DNA of 64,000 nt from Spirochaetia bacterium (GTDB taxonomy: Bacteria > Spirochaetota > Spirochaetia > CADAEX01), in the NCBI GenBank assembly GCA_963662795.1, contig OY759746.1:832001-896000 (forward strand), in the 5' to 3' direction. The first letter of the stretch is position 1, and each line of letters opens with the position of its first letter. Shown piece after piece: positions 18,044 to 28,938 of the stretch. The notes under the pieces were generated by a model. That model was not told where the DNA came from. It ran no database searches and saw only the letters and a list, made by a program, of their open reading frames with translations. The position numbers were made by a program, and so were the translations under genes.

Positions 18044-19108
18044 ATGTTCGACAAAATTGATGAAATTCTGGAAAAATATAAAGAAATTGAAAACAAACTC
18101 TCTGACCCGGATATAGTAAAGGATCAGAAAAAATACAGGGAAATTATGCAGGAGCATTCCCATCTTAAAGAGATAGCTGAAGCTAGCGGGAAATACAAGA
18201 AAATAGTACAGCAGATCGGAGAGGCAAAAAAAATTGCCGCGGAAGAGAAAAATCCTGAATTGAAAGAGATGGCGAAAGAGGAAGCAAGAGAACTTGAAAT
18301 TGAAAAAGAAGAGTATCTGGTCTATCTTAAGCAGCTTCTAATCCCGAAAGATCCCATGGATCAGAAAAACATTATTATGGAGATAAGGGCCGGTACAGGA
18401 GGAGATGAGGCCGCACTTTTTGCCGCAGACCTTTACAGAATGTATTCCAAGTTTGCTGAAGCCAGAAAATGGAAAATAGAGGTCCTGTCAGTTCATGAAA
18501 TTGGTCTTGGAGGATTCAAAGAGATAATTTTCTCAATTTCAGGCAAAAATGTTTATGAAAACATGAGATATGAAAGCGGGGTACACAGAGTACAAAGAGT
18601 ACCTGAAACTGAATCCGGCGGAAGGGTACATACGTCTGCCGTTACAGTTGCGGTTCTGCCTGAAGCGGAAGAAACAGACATAGATATCAGCCCTGAAGAA
18701 CTCAAGATAGATGTTTACAGATCATCCGGTCCCGGAGGACAGAGCGTCAACACGACAGACTCGGCCGTAAGAATTACACACCTTCCGACCGGGCTTGTTG
18801 TGACATGCCAGGATGAAAAATCGCAGATCAAAAACAAGGCAAAAGCACTGAGGGTACTCCGTGCAAGATTATACGAACTGGAAGAAGAAAAAAAACAGAA
18901 GGAGCGGTCTGAAGCACGTAAAACCCAGGTAGGGACTGGCGACAGATCCGAAAGGATAAGAACCTATAACTTCCCCCAGAACAGGCTTACTGACCACAGG
19001 ATTAATCTTACCCTCTACAAGCTTGAAATAATTATGGAAGGTGATCTTACAGAGACTCTCGAAGCGCTGAAATTCAACGCACGTGAAAAAGTACTTCAGA
19101 AAAGCTAA
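18044..19108 (+). CDS. prfA: Peptide chain release factor 1
   Basis: GGQ motif ([10 protein letters not shown]), PET recognition tripeptide and [14 protein letters not shown]. Confidence 0.98.
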   Translation: MFDKIDEILEKYKEIENKLSDPDIVKDQKKYREIMQEHSHLKEIAEASGKYKKIVQQIGEAKKIAAEEKNPELKEMAKEEARELEIEKEEYLVYLKQLLIPKDPMDQKNIIMEIRAGTGGDEAALFAADLYRMYSKFAEARKWKIEVLSVHEIGLGGFKEIIFSISGKNVYENMRYESGVHRVQRVPETESGGRVHTSAVTVAVLPEAEETDIDISPEELKIDVYRSSGPGGQSVNTTDSAVRITHLPTGLVVTCQDEKSQIKNKAKALRVLRARLYELEEEKKQKERSEARKTQVGTGDRSERIRTYNFPQNRLTDHRINLTLYKLEIIMEGDLTETLEALKFNAREKVLQKS

Positions 19109-19129
19109 AAAAGGATTCAGCAGGGTTAT

Positions 19130-19984
19130 ATGACAGTTAAGGAAATACTTGCTCAGACATCAGAAAAGATATCTCACAGATGGCCCTCTACCCCGTTTCT
19201 TGACGCTTCACTCCTTCTGCAGGAATCTTCAGGCATGACAAGAGAGAAGCTTCTTGCATCATATAATCTTGAAATAGCGGAAGATGTCCTGGAAAAGTTT
19301 AATTTGATGGCAGAAAAAAGACTTGCCGGTTATCCTGTAGCCTATATAACCGGTAAAAAAGAATTTTTCAGCAATACATACATTGTTGACAGAAGTGTAC
19401 TTATCCCGCGGCCGGATACAGAGATACTGACGGAAAAAGTTCTGGAAGCAGCAGCTGAGATGATAAAAAAATCAACTGCCCCGGTGAAGATACTTGATCT
19501 CTGTACCGGCAGCGGATGTATCGCCATAACGCTTAAAAAGGAGCTTGGAAGCGGGGCTGAAATTGAAGCATCCGATATTTCTGAAAATGCTGAAAAAACT
19601 TTTAAAAAAAACTGTCAGGCAATACTTGGATACCAGATACCGTTTCACAGATGCAGCCTGTTTGAAGGAATAAAAGGAAAGTATAATTTCATTGTTTCCA
19701 ATCCGCCATACCTTGAAGATGCTCATGTGGAAGAAATGATATCAAAAAACTGGCCCGAGCCGGAATCGGCACTTAGAGGCGGCCCGGACGGGCTTGATCT
19801 GATAAGAGAAATTACTCAAAAGGCTTACCGCTTTATTGAAAACAGGGGAGCGCTGTTTCTCGAAGCAGACCCTGCTCAAATGGCTGAAGTGAAAATGATG
19901 CTTTCAAAGAACAGATTCAGTAATATTGTAATATCAAGGGATTTATCCGGAAAAGAGAGGGTTATAGGCGCATGGCAGAAATAA
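19130..19984 (+). CDS. prmC: Release factor glutamine methyltransferase
   Basis: VLIPRPDTE, LDLCTGSG and SNPPY; follows prfA. Confidence 0.95.
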   Translation: MTVKEILAQTSEKISHRWPSTPFLDASLLLQESSGMTREKLLASYNLEIAEDVLEKFNLMAEKRLAGYPVAYITGKKEFFSNTYIVDRSVLIPRPDTEILTEKVLEAAAEMIKKSTAPVKILDLCTGSGCIAITLKKELGSGAEIEASDISENAEKTFKKNCQAILGYQIPFHRCSLFEGIKGKYNFIVSNPPYLEDAHVEEMISKNWPEPESALRGGPDGLDLIREITQKAYRFIENRGALFLEADPAQMAEVKMMLSKNRFSNIVISRDLSGKERVIGAWQK

Positions 19985-22014
19985 TCTCTCTCGAAAATGA
20001 TATTCAGGCACTGAAGAAAAAACTCACCGCCAATAAATACTCAAGTGAGGACATCCAGGCCATTATGGAAGCGGTCCGCTTCGGCGAGAAGATTCACGGA
20101 GAACAGAAAAGGGCAAGCGGTGAACCTTTCTTTATACATCCCCTTACAGTCGCGGAAATACTCATAGACCTTAATCTTGACAGAAATGCGATTATTGCAT
20201 CACTTCTGCACGATACAGTTGAAGATACAGAGATAGAAAGTCCGCTTATAGAATCCAGATTCGGTTCTGAAGTCTCTCAGCTTGTTGAAGGTGTAACAAA
20301 GATAAGCATAGTAAAGGCAAAAAACAAATCAGTTCAGGAAATAGAAACTCTCAGAAAAATGCTTCTTGCCATGGTCAAGGATATAAGGGTAATTCTTATA
20401 AAACTGGCAGACAAACTGCACAACATGAGAACACTTTCCTATCTTTCAGAAGAAAAACAGCAGGCAATTGCAGAGGAATGTCTTGAAATTTATGCCCCGC
20501 TTGCAGGGCAGCTTGGCATTTCCTGGATCAAGGCGGAACTTGAAGATCTCGCGCTCAAATATATTAATCCTGATGTATATGAACAGATCAAGCAGTTTCT
20601 CGCGCTAAAGCGGAAGGAAAGGGCGGAATACCTCAAAAATGTAGAAGATAAGATAACCCTTGCCTGCAGGGAAGAAGGAATCAGTATAGATATATCGACA
20701 AGGGCAAAGCATTTTTATTCAATTTATAGAAAAATGACAAAAACAGGCAAGGAACTCGGGGAAATATATGATCTTCTCGGAATCAGGATTTTGTGCACCA
20801 GTGTAAATGAATGCTACACAATTCTCGGGCTTGTCCACAAACTCTGGATTCCGATAGAAAGAAGATTCAAGGATTACATCGCAGTTCCCAAATCCAACAG
20901 GTACCAGAGTCTGCACACAACAGTAATGACTGATAACGGTAAAATACTTGAGGTGCAGATACGCACCTATGAAATGCACAGGATGGCAGAATACGGTATA
21001 GCTTCCCACTGGCTTTATAAAACCGGTAAAACAACAGACAGCATAAATCCAAAGGATATTTCACTTGTAAACAAGCTGATGAACTGGAACAACCTTGAAA
21101 ACGGGAAAACAGATTTTTTAAGCGATCTTAAAAAAGAGATACTTAAGGATACAATTTATGTTTTTACTCCGGCAGGTGATGTATTTGAAATGCCTACGGG
21201 AGCAACAGCAATTGATTTCGCCTATCACATCCATACCGAGGTAGGGAACCACTGTTCTGCGGCCAAGGCAGACGGCTATATCATTACACTGCATAAGGAA
21301 CTAAAGAATACCCAGGTTGTAGAGATTATTACAAGCAATACTGCACACCCCAATCTTCAGTGGCTGAGGATGGCAAAAACAAACAGGGCAAGAACAAAAA
21401 TAAGACAGTGGCTGAACAAGAATGACGATTCACTGATAATAAAGAAAAATGTTGTAGTAAAGCAAAAAAAAGCAGAGCTTCCCGATGATGCTAAAAGCCA
21501 TAAGGAGCAGAAACCACTTACCGAGACTGAGGAAAAACCTGACAAGGAAGTAATAAAGGAGGTAATGGACAGGAACAGGATAAGCTTCAAGGTAGGCGGA
21601 GAGAAAAACATGATGATCAGCTTTGCCAAATGCTGTTCACCGGTCCCCGGAGATCCGATTATCGGGTACATTTCTGTAGGCAGAGGTATAATTGTCCATA
21701 AAAACGACTGTCAGAATGTTAAGCATATAAAAAATTTTTCGACCCGCTCAATAGATGTTGAATGGGAAGCTGTGTCTCCGAAATCCACAAGACGGTTCAA
21801 GGTAACCTCTAAGATAACTCACGATCTTTTTTCAGAAATTGAGGGGGCAATACGAAAATACCACGGGCATCTTATAGAAGGGAGACTTATCGAAGATGAC
21901 AAAGACAGGCTGAGCGGTTTTTTTACCATAGAGATTGATAAAAAAGATGACTTCGGAAAGGTAGTAAAAAGTATAAGAACAATCCCCTCAATAATAAACA
22001 TCTACGCTGTTTAG
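19972..22014 (+). CDS. relA: Bifunctional (p)ppGpp synthetase/hydrolase Rel (RelA/SpoT)
   Basis: Intact HD motif (LLHDTVED), synthetase RFKD/YQSLHT/EVQIRT, TGS domain, CCSPVPGD and a C-terminal ACT-like domain. Confidence 0.95.
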   Translation: MAEIISLENDIQALKKKLTANKYSSEDIQAIMEAVRFGEKIHGEQKRASGEPFFIHPLTVAEILIDLNLDRNAIIASLLHDTVEDTEIESPLIESRFGSEVSQLVEGVTKISIVKAKNKSVQEIETLRKMLLAMVKDIRVILIKLADKLHNMRTLSYLSEEKQQAIAEECLEIYAPLAGQLGISWIKAELEDLALKYINPDVYEQIKQFLALKRKERAEYLKNVEDKITLACREEGISIDISTRAKHFYSIYRKMTKTGKELGEIYDLLGIRILCTSVNECYTILGLVHKLWIPIERRFKDYIAVPKSNRYQSLHTTVMTDNGKILEVQIRTYEMHRMAEYGIASHWLYKTGKTTDSINPKDISLVNKLMNWNNLENGKTDFLSDLKKEILKDTIYVFTPAGDVFEMPTGATAIDFAYHIHTEVGNHCSAAKADGYIITLHKELKNTQVVEIITSNTAHPNLQWLRMAKTNRARTKIRQWLNKNDDSLIIKKNVVVKQKKAELPDDAKSHKEQKPLTETEEKPDKEVIKEVMDRNRISFKVGGEKNMMISFAKCCSPVPGDPIIGYISVGRGIIVHKNDCQNVKHIKNFSTRSIDVEWEAVSPKSTRRFKVTSKITHDLFSEIEGAIRKYHGHLIEGRLIEDDKDRLSGFFTIEIDKKDDFGKVVKSIRTIPSIINIYAV

Positions 22015-22090
22015 ACGTAATATAGTGTAAATTTAATCCAATCCATGTTACTATTTAGTTCCAGAAAATACTGTCACAGGAGATCAACAG

Positions 22091-23227
22091 ATGAAATTCG
22101 ACTGCCTTGTTGTAGGCGCAGGTATTTCCGGCAGCACCGCGGCAAGGACGCTGGCAGAAGCCGGCAAAAAAGTCCTTGTAATGGAACAGCTTAAGCACAT
22201 TGCCGGACACTGCCACGATTATCTTTCGCCGGAAGGTATTACTGTTCATACCTACGGCCCTCATATCTTTCATACAAACAACCGCGAAGCATGGAAATAC
22301 CTTAGCAGATTTACGGAATTCAGGCATTTCCAGCACAGGGTTTTAAGCTATGCTGACGGACTTTTAATACCATTTCCCATAAATATGGATACAATAAACA
22401 TGGTATACGGCACATCGATTACAGCAGAAGAAGTCGCTGGATTTCTTGAGAATGAGGTAAAAAAATCAGTATATAAAGATCCTCCAGGGAATTTCCGCGA
22501 TGCGGTAGTATCCCAGGTGGGAGAGAGGCTTTATAACCTTTTCTTTAAAAACTACACAATAAAGCAGTGGGAAAGAAACCCCGAAGAACTGTCCCCGGAA
22601 GTAGCCAGACGCATTCCTGTAAGGGCAAACAGGGACAACCGCTATTTTTCCGACCAGTACCAGGGTATTCCGTCAGGCGGGTACACAAAGATGATAGAAA
22701 ATATGCTTGATCATGAAAATATCTCACTGATGACAGGTGCTGATTACTTCAGACTGGGAGATACTGTTTCAGCCCTTCTTGATGAAAAGAACAGCCTGAC
22801 AGTCTACACAGGCGAGCTTGACAGATTTTTTAATTATAAATACGGGGAACTTGAATACAGATCTCTTGATATCAAATTTAAAACTGTTGATATGGAGCAG
22901 TACCAGGATGCTGCTGTTGTAAACTATCCTAACGATTATGATTTTACAAGGATAACAGAATTCAAACACATGACAGGTGAAAAATCCGGGAAAACAGTAA
23001 TCTGTATGGAATATCCCATGGAAAAAGGGGAACCCTATTATGTTGTTTTAACAGAGACAAATATGGAAAAAAGAGAGAAGTATATAAAAGATACCGCCCT
23101 CCTTGAAAAAAGCGGTAAATTTATATTTACAGGAAGACTTGCAGAATACAAATATTACAATATGGACCAGGCGGTGACAGCCGGGCTTGAAAAAATCAGG
23201 AAATACCTAAATGACAAAGAAATCTGA
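22091..23227 (+). CDS. glf: UDP-galactopyranose mutase
   Basis: GAGISG FAD motif, HTYGPHIFHT, RITEFKH and GRLAEYKYYNMDQ. Confidence 0.96.
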   Translation: MKFDCLVVGAGISGSTAARTLAEAGKKVLVMEQLKHIAGHCHDYLSPEGITVHTYGPHIFHTNNREAWKYLSRFTEFRHFQHRVLSYADGLLIPFPINMDTINMVYGTSITAEEVAGFLENEVKKSVYKDPPGNFRDAVVSQVGERLYNLFFKNYTIKQWERNPEELSPEVARRIPVRANRDNRYFSDQYQGIPSGGYTKMIENMLDHENISLMTGADYFRLGDTVSALLDEKNSLTVYTGELDRFFNYKYGELEYRSLDIKFKTVDMEQYQDAAVVNYPNDYDFTRITEFKHMTGEKSGKTVICMEYPMEKGEPYYVVLTETNMEKREKYIKDTALLEKSGKFIFTGRLAEYKYYNMDQAVTAGLEKIRKYLNDKEI

Positions 23228-24923
23228 AAAAACCGCTAAAAACAAAACTATCGGCGCAGCAGTTTTTTGCGTTTTAATCCTGCTCTTTTCCGCGTCAGCG
23301 CATTTAAGCGCCCAGACCCTTAAAAACACATCATACAGCGATCCGGTATATCTGTTCCTTGACAGGGCATACGCGAGGAAATGGATTGATTATCTTCCCG
23401 CAGTGCAGCCTTATACTGAAAAAAAGGTATACTCCCTTCTTAAGGAAGTACTTTCCAGCTATAAAACTTTTCCTGAAAGTTTCACATCCCGTGATTATGA
23501 TGAGCTTATGAGCCATATAAACCGCTTTGAAGGAGACAGGTTTTCGCTGTACCGGAATGAGGGGGAGAATTTCACAGTTGAAGCCGGCTTATCTCCATAT
23601 ACAGACTTCAATATGGCATTAAGCTCTCCTTCTGACTCAGCAACAGTGCTTGGGACAGATTTTTCCCTTGACCTTACAGCCGGGGAAAATCTTTATATGG
23701 GATTCATTACCGACCAGTATCTCATATTAGAGACAGGGGATGATTCGCCATACAGAAATTTCAGTACTCCTGACAAACCTGATTTTAATACATATACCTA
23801 TAATCTTTCGACAGGGGATGCGGGGTTCAATAACAATGCAGTAAGGTCTGAAGGCGATACAGAACTTTCAGTCAGAATGAACCAGCTGAACCAGATGACA
23901 ATCGACCTCGGGCTCTCTACGCTTTCATTCGGAAGGGATGCCCTCTCGTGGGGAGAAAGCAGGTTTTCAAACCTTGCCCTTTCAAATACTTCAAAACCCT
24001 ATGAATATTTTTCATTTGACATTCCGTTTGGAGAAAGAATCTATTTTATCTGGATGACTGGCTTTTTAAAGGACTGGAATGATTTAAAAAGCGACGTTGA
24101 CGGCAGCAAGATTATCACTGCCCACAGGTTTGAATGGCAGCTCACAGACTGGTTCATGTTTTCAATTTATGAGTCAGTGGTCTATTCCGAGCGTTTTGAG
24201 CTTGCATACCTTAATCCATTTTCACTTTACTACATCAGCGAAGTTACACAGGGCGATTACGACAACAAGCTTGGAGGATTTGACCTTGTTTTCCGCATCC
24301 CGTCAGCAATGGTATATTTTTCATTCTTCGCTGATGACTGGGACTTCGGCGAACTCTTAAAGCCTTCATACTATCATAACGAAATGGGGATAACGCTTGG
24401 GATCAGACACTATGATTTCATCCCCGGCCTGACAATGACAATTGAATATTCACACCTTAATCAGTGGATGTATACACACAAGAAAGTAAACGGAGAGACG
24501 AACAATTATGCCCATTACGGATCACACCTTGGGCACCTGCTTGAACCCAATTCCCACATTATCTTTCTTGATTTCAGATATGATTATTCAATAAAAAACA
24601 CCTGGGGACTTACTTTCTGGTTCACACAGGATAGTTACGGGAATATTTCCACAAGTCCTTCTGATGACGGTATAGGATGGGATATGGAAGGGTATTACGA
24701 TCCCTGGGATGGATATTATAACTACCTTGACTATGGAATTGACGGAATTGTAAGGGAAACAAATTACGACATTACCCTTTACACTGAATACAGGATTCCA
24801 TACTACGGAGTCAGTTTATATGCAGGATGGTCGGTTGAATACACACATAACAAGGATCGAATAAAAGGAGATAACGAATGGGCCAATTATCTTTCCCTTT
24901 CCGCAAAATGGCAGGCGTATTAA
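23211..24923 (+). CDS. Outer-membrane beta-barrel protein, capsule assembly Wzi-like
   Basis: Signal peptide, N-terminal helical VYLFLDR...PYT segment, GRD..SWG, AHRFEW, YLNPF and a C-terminal aromatic residue. Confidence 0.65.
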   Translation: MTKKSEKTAKNKTIGAAVFCVLILLFSASAHLSAQTLKNTSYSDPVYLFLDRAYARKWIDYLPAVQPYTEKKVYSLLKEVLSSYKTFPESFTSRDYDELMSHINRFEGDRFSLYRNEGENFTVEAGLSPYTDFNMALSSPSDSATVLGTDFSLDLTAGENLYMGFITDQYLILETGDDSPYRNFSTPDKPDFNTYTYNLSTGDAGFNNNAVRSEGDTELSVRMNQLNQMTIDLGLSTLSFGRDALSWGESRFSNLALSNTSKPYEYFSFDIPFGERIYFIWMTGFLKDWNDLKSDVDGSKIITAHRFEWQLTDWFMFSIYESVVYSERFELAYLNPFSLYYISEVTQGDYDNKLGGFDLVFRIPSAMVYFSFFADDWDFGELLKPSYYHNEMGITLGIRHYDFIPGLTMTIEYSHLNQWMYTHKKVNGETNNYAHYGSHLGHLLEPNSHIIFLDFRYDYSIKNTWGLTFWFTQDSYGNISTSPSDDGIGWDMEGYYDPWDGYYNYLDYGIDGIVRETNYDITLYTEYRIPYYGVSLYAGWSVEYTHNKDRIKGDNEWANYLSLSAKWQAY

Positions 24924-26674
24924 AAATATTTTCAATAGCTGCGGCGATCTCCTTTTGCATGCTGTTTGCAGCGCTGCCGGCTTCTGCGCAGACACAAAGT
25001 ACCGCCGGCTCCGGCGGCGGTGAAAACGGAACTGAACCGGCCGCTCAGACCCGGAACAGCGAAGCTTCCGGCAAAAACACTGAAAAAAACAAAACAAAAA
25101 ACCTGCAGCGGATAATTCCGCTCTCATCCCCCCTTTATGAAGAACTTGACAGGCTTTATCTGCTTACTGGGAAAAGCCGGCCGTCGGCCGCACGGCCATG
25201 GTCGGCTGATGAAGCGGAGAAAATATTAACGGCCCTTCCGGATGATGATTTAAACGGAACTGAAAAAACCTCATTTTCAATTGTAAGATCTGAAATTTTA
25301 TCCGGTGCTGAAGATACGGGACCCGGGCGGGCCGCCGGAAGAGTTACAAAAAGTATTAATATCGAAGGGTACTTCAAGACAGACAGCGACAGGGAAGAAT
25401 GGGAACACGGCTATGAAGAAAGGAAGCCTCTTTTATACATTCCCTTTGAGGGCTGGTTTTTTCAGAACCTTTACTCGACTTTAGACCTGTCAATAAAAGA
25501 GGAATACGCCGCAATTACAGGCAGTGATGACAACTATACAAACATTCCCTCCGCACTTACAGATCTTGACTGGTATTTCCCTTTCAGGGCTTTTATTTCA
25601 CTCGGGGGTGAACACTGGAACATTCAGGCAGGACGTGACAAGGCAAGCTGGGGTTCAGGCGTTACAGGGAATATGCTGCTTTCCGATTACTCTGATTTTT
25701 ATAATCTTATAAAATTTACAACATACTGGGACAGGTTCAAGTTTACTTCGGTTTTCATAGGACTTGACCCATGGCTTACAAACGAAGAAAAGGAAATAGA
25801 CAGCGTTGAGGCTGATGATAACGGACTTGCGGGAGGATATGAGAATTTCGGGGAACTCTACAAGGCTTTCTTCGGTCATAGAATAGAATACAGGGTAAAG
25901 GACAATCTTACCCTTGCACTGTCTGAGGCAATAATGTTCGGAAATAAATACATAAACCCGGCAGAGCTCAACCCGGTTTTCGTACTTCACAATCTCTTTA
26001 TACCTGAGTATTCAAATGCTATAGCATCCTTTGAGGCAGACTACACATTGATCAGAGGATTAAATTTCTATATGCAGTTTGTAATGGATGAATTCCAGGT
26101 TCCGGGATACGAGACTGATGATTCAAGGCCGGGGGCCAACGGTCTTCTTACCGGGCTTACATTTATAAAACCGATGGAGAAAGGCTACCTGACATTCAAA
26201 GGGGAAGCGGCAAAAACAGATCCCTACCTTTACAACAGGTGGCATCCCCTTACAAGATTCACAAACAGGAGAAGGATCTGGTCAACGTATCTTGATAAAT
26301 ACGAATATATAAATAAACCGATGGGTTACCGGGAAGGCCCTGACGCTGTAATTCTCTATGGGTCTGCCGGTTTTGACAGGCCCGGCAAATTTTCTGCTTC
26401 TCTTGACGGAAAATACAGCATGAAAGGAGAGTTAAACAGCTCTCTTGACGACCCTCTCTCCTACGATACAGGAAAAGATGCCTCAAATCTGGAGATCCTC
26501 TCAGGTACAGTTGAAAAGGAACTTGTTACAGGGATTCACGGGACTATAAAACCTGTCACTGACATTTCATTGTCAACAGATATCTATTGGGTTCATATAA
26601 GTGACATGGACAACATTTCAGGGGAAACAGTAAATGATCTTGAAATTTCTTTCTCTGTGGGGCTGGTTTTTTAA
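24908..26674 (+). CDS. Second Wzi-like outer-membrane beta-barrel paralog (start 24878 or 24908)
   Basis: Signal peptide, LYEELDRLY...RPWS, GRDKASWG, GHRIEY, ELNPV and a C-terminal F. Confidence 0.65.
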   Translation: MAGVLKIFSIAAAISFCMLFAALPASAQTQSTAGSGGGENGTEPAAQTRNSEASGKNTEKNKTKNLQRIIPLSSPLYEELDRLYLLTGKSRPSAARPWSADEAEKILTALPDDDLNGTEKTSFSIVRSEILSGAEDTGPGRAAGRVTKSINIEGYFKTDSDREEWEHGYEERKPLLYIPFEGWFFQNLYSTLDLSIKEEYAAITGSDDNYTNIPSALTDLDWYFPFRAFISLGGEHWNIQAGRDKASWGSGVTGNMLLSDYSDFYNLIKFTTYWDRFKFTSVFIGLDPWLTNEEKEIDSVEADDNGLAGGYENFGELYKAFFGHRIEYRVKDNLTLALSEAIMFGNKYINPAELNPVFVLHNLFIPEYSNAIASFEADYTLIRGLNFYMQFVMDEFQVPGYETDDSRPGANGLLTGLTFIKPMEKGYLTFKGEAAKTDPYLYNRWHPLTRFTNRRRIWSTYLDKYEYINKPMGYREGPDAVILYGSAGFDRPGKFSASLDGKYSMKGELNSSLDDPLSYDTGKDASNLEILSGTVEKELVTGIHGTIKPVTDISLSTDIYWVHISDMDNISGETVNDLEISFSVGLVF

Positions 26675-26725
26675 GATAACGGTATTTCCAAGGGCTGCCG
26701 GAATAAATCAATCAGTTATACGACA

Positions 26726-27829
26726 TCAGTCAATTGGTCTTATGTTATCAGGATCATTAATAACATTTTCGTAGAGAGATCTGTATTTATCGCCAAAGGT
26801 TTTAAGAGTATGCCTCTGCAGGATGTATTCCCTTCCCTTCGCCCCCATGTCCCAGAGCTTCGGAATCTCGGCCTTTTTAAGCATCTCATAAAGCTCTTTA
26901 TATTTGCCGGATGTAAACAGAAGACCGGTTTCCCCTTCCTGGATAGCTTCCATGTTGCCTCCGCACCTGGATGCAATTACAGCAGTTCCGCTTGAAAGCG
27001 ATTCTATCGGGATATAGGAAAATGCCTCATCCCACCTGGTTGGAAGAACTGTGACATCAGATTTTGCGTAAAACTCACCCACTTTAGCCGGACTGTCAAG
27101 AAAACCGGCCCAGTTTATCACAGGGTTGCCCTTTGTCCTTTTCATCAGTATGGGTTTAAGTGTTCCGTTTCCGACAATGTTTAGTCTGATTTTTCTCTCT
27201 TCACTCAGTCTGAGGACAACGTTTATAAGTTTATCAATCCCTTTTTCCGGCGTTATCTGCCCTACAAATGTTACCTCAAGTGTATCGTGAGGCTCATAGG
27301 GAACAGGCTTGAAAACCTCAGGATTAACCCCGGCATAAAGAAGGACTATTTTCCCCTTCGGAACACCTCCGATCTCCTCAAGCTGGGCTTTTACAAATTT
27401 GCTTATTGCAACATAACATTTTGCGTCTGTAAAATTTCGTCTGGATGCCAGAAAAAATGCATTCATCCATTTATCAATCATATATTTTCGTGATCCTACA
27501 GACATGTGAAATGTACAGATCAGCGGCGCTTTCAGGGAGGTGCGGAATCTTGAAATGTTAAAATCAAGCCGACCTGAAGGGTGATGATGATGAAGTATAT
27601 CCGGGCTGAATTCAAGCAGCTTTTCTTCTACTTCGGTAACACTCCTTGCCCAGGGTATTATTCCGCCTATAAGATATGATTTCGGCTCATATACCGGGAT
27701 TCTCTGCTTGGTCCATTTTGCTTCACTTACTATTAAAGTTTCATCGCCGGTTTTGTCAAAAGAGTTATATAAATTCAAGGCGTAAGAAGCAATACCTCTT
27801 ACGCCGCTGTGAATATGCGCAATTTTCAT
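26726..27829 (-). CDS. Glycosyltransferase family 4
   Basis: FVGQITPEKG, EAFSYIPIE (EX7E) and GT-B fold pattern. Confidence 0.9.
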   Translation of the reverse strand: MKIAHIHSGVRGIASYALNLYNSFDKTGDETLIVSEAKWTKQRIPVYEPKSYLIGGIIPWARSVTEVEEKLLEFSPDILHHHHPSGRLDFNISRFRTSLKAPLICTFHMSVGSRKYMIDKWMNAFFLASRRNFTDAKCYVAISKFVKAQLEEIGGVPKGKIVLLYAGVNPEVFKPVPYEPHDTLEVTFVGQITPEKGIDKLINVVLRLSEERKIRLNIVGNGTLKPILMKRTKGNPVINWAGFLDSPAKVGEFYAKSDVTVLPTRWDEAFSYIPIESLSSGTAVIASRCGGNMEAIQEGETGLLFTSGKYKELYEMLKKAEIPKLWDMGAKGREYILQRHTLKTFGDKYRSLYENVINDPDNIRPID

Positions 27830-27854
27830 GCCTTAAATTATCAGAAAAAGCAGT

Positions 27855-28928
27855 TCACGTCAACAAATAGTGAACAATCTCGTTGTGAAGTTCGAGGTCA
27901 ATTATTGATCCCGGATCATACATCCTCATCCTGTCGGGATGGGTTTCGCTGAATGTCAGGGGCTGTCCTCCTGCCTCAATTTCATACTCAATCGCGTTCC
28001 CGAGATAAAGAGAGCGTTTCACTTTGGCTTTCAGAGTTCCTGTACCATTCACGGCAATCGACAAAAGCTCCGGCCGCAAAACCAGTGTTACTTTTTTCCC
28101 CGCGTCAAGTTTATCTTTGGTGTTTATTTCAACACTGCTGCCGAGGCAGTCTACTGTTGCCCGCCCCCCGCTGCTTTTTGATACTTTTCCCTCAACAAAA
28201 TTCGCCCGGCCGATAAAGTTGGCGACAAACCTTGAATTGGGGTAGCGGTAAATTTCCTGCGGCGGACCGATCTGCTCTATGACACCCTTATTCATTACAA
28301 CTACCTGATCAGACAAAGTCATCGCCTCAATCTGATCATGAGTAACATATATACTTGTGATTCCGAGAGTCTGCTGTATTCTTCTGATCTCTGTTCTCAT
28401 CTGCTCCCTGAGCTTTGCGTCAAGGTTGGAAAGAGGCTCATCAAGAAGAAGAACTTTAGGTTCAAGAACAAGCGCCCTTGCAAGTGCGACACGCTGCTGC
28501 TGGCCGCCTGAAAGCTGGTTAGGAGCTCTTGTCGCAAATCCTGTCAGGTCTACAAGCTCAAGGACCTTACCTACTCTTCTTTCAATTTCACTTTTGGATG
28601 CTTTCTGGACATTAAGACCGTACGCAATATTTTCAAACACATTAAGGTGCGGAAATATTGCGTAACTCTGAAATACCATCGACATCCCCCTCATATGGGT
28701 AGGAAGTTCTGTAATATCAGTTCCGTCAAGTATTATTTTTCCCGCTGACGGGACTTCAAATCCGCCGATAAGACGGAGTGTGGTTGTTTTTCCGCAGCCG
28801 GAAGGGCCGAGCAAAGTTACAAGCTCGCCCTTTTTTATATTCAGTGTTACATCATTAACCGCAGTAACCTCTGAGACTCCCCCCCGGGGTGGAAATACTT
28901 TCATTACATTTTCAAGGTTAAGATACAT
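27855..28928 (-). CDS. ABC transporter ATP-binding protein (FbpC/AfuC/PotA-like, TOBE domain)
   Basis: GPSGCGKT, LSGGQQQR, LLLDEPLSNLD and VTHDQ. Confidence 0.93.
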   Translation of the reverse strand: MYLNLENVMKVFPPRGGVSEVTAVNDVTLNIKKGELVTLLGPSGCGKTTTLRLIGGFEVPSAGKIILDGTDITELPTHMRGMSMVFQSYAIFPHLNVFENIAYGLNVQKASKSEIERRVGKVLELVDLTGFATRAPNQLSGGQQQRVALARALVLEPKVLLLDEPLSNLDAKLREQMRTEIRRIQQTLGITSIYVTHDQIEAMTLSDQVVVMNKGVIEQIGPPQEIYRYPNSRFVANFIGRANFVEGKVSKSSGGRATVDCLGSSVEINTKDKLDAGKKVTLVLRPELLSIAVNGTGTLKAKVKRSLYLGNAIEYEIEAGGQPLTFSETHPDRMRMYDPGSIIDLELHNEIVHYLLT

Positions 28929-28938
28929 TATTTACCTC

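Noticed and set aside
18044-22014. prfA-prmC-rel linkage
   Set aside because: Known spirochaete-type synteny; useful for taxonomy only.
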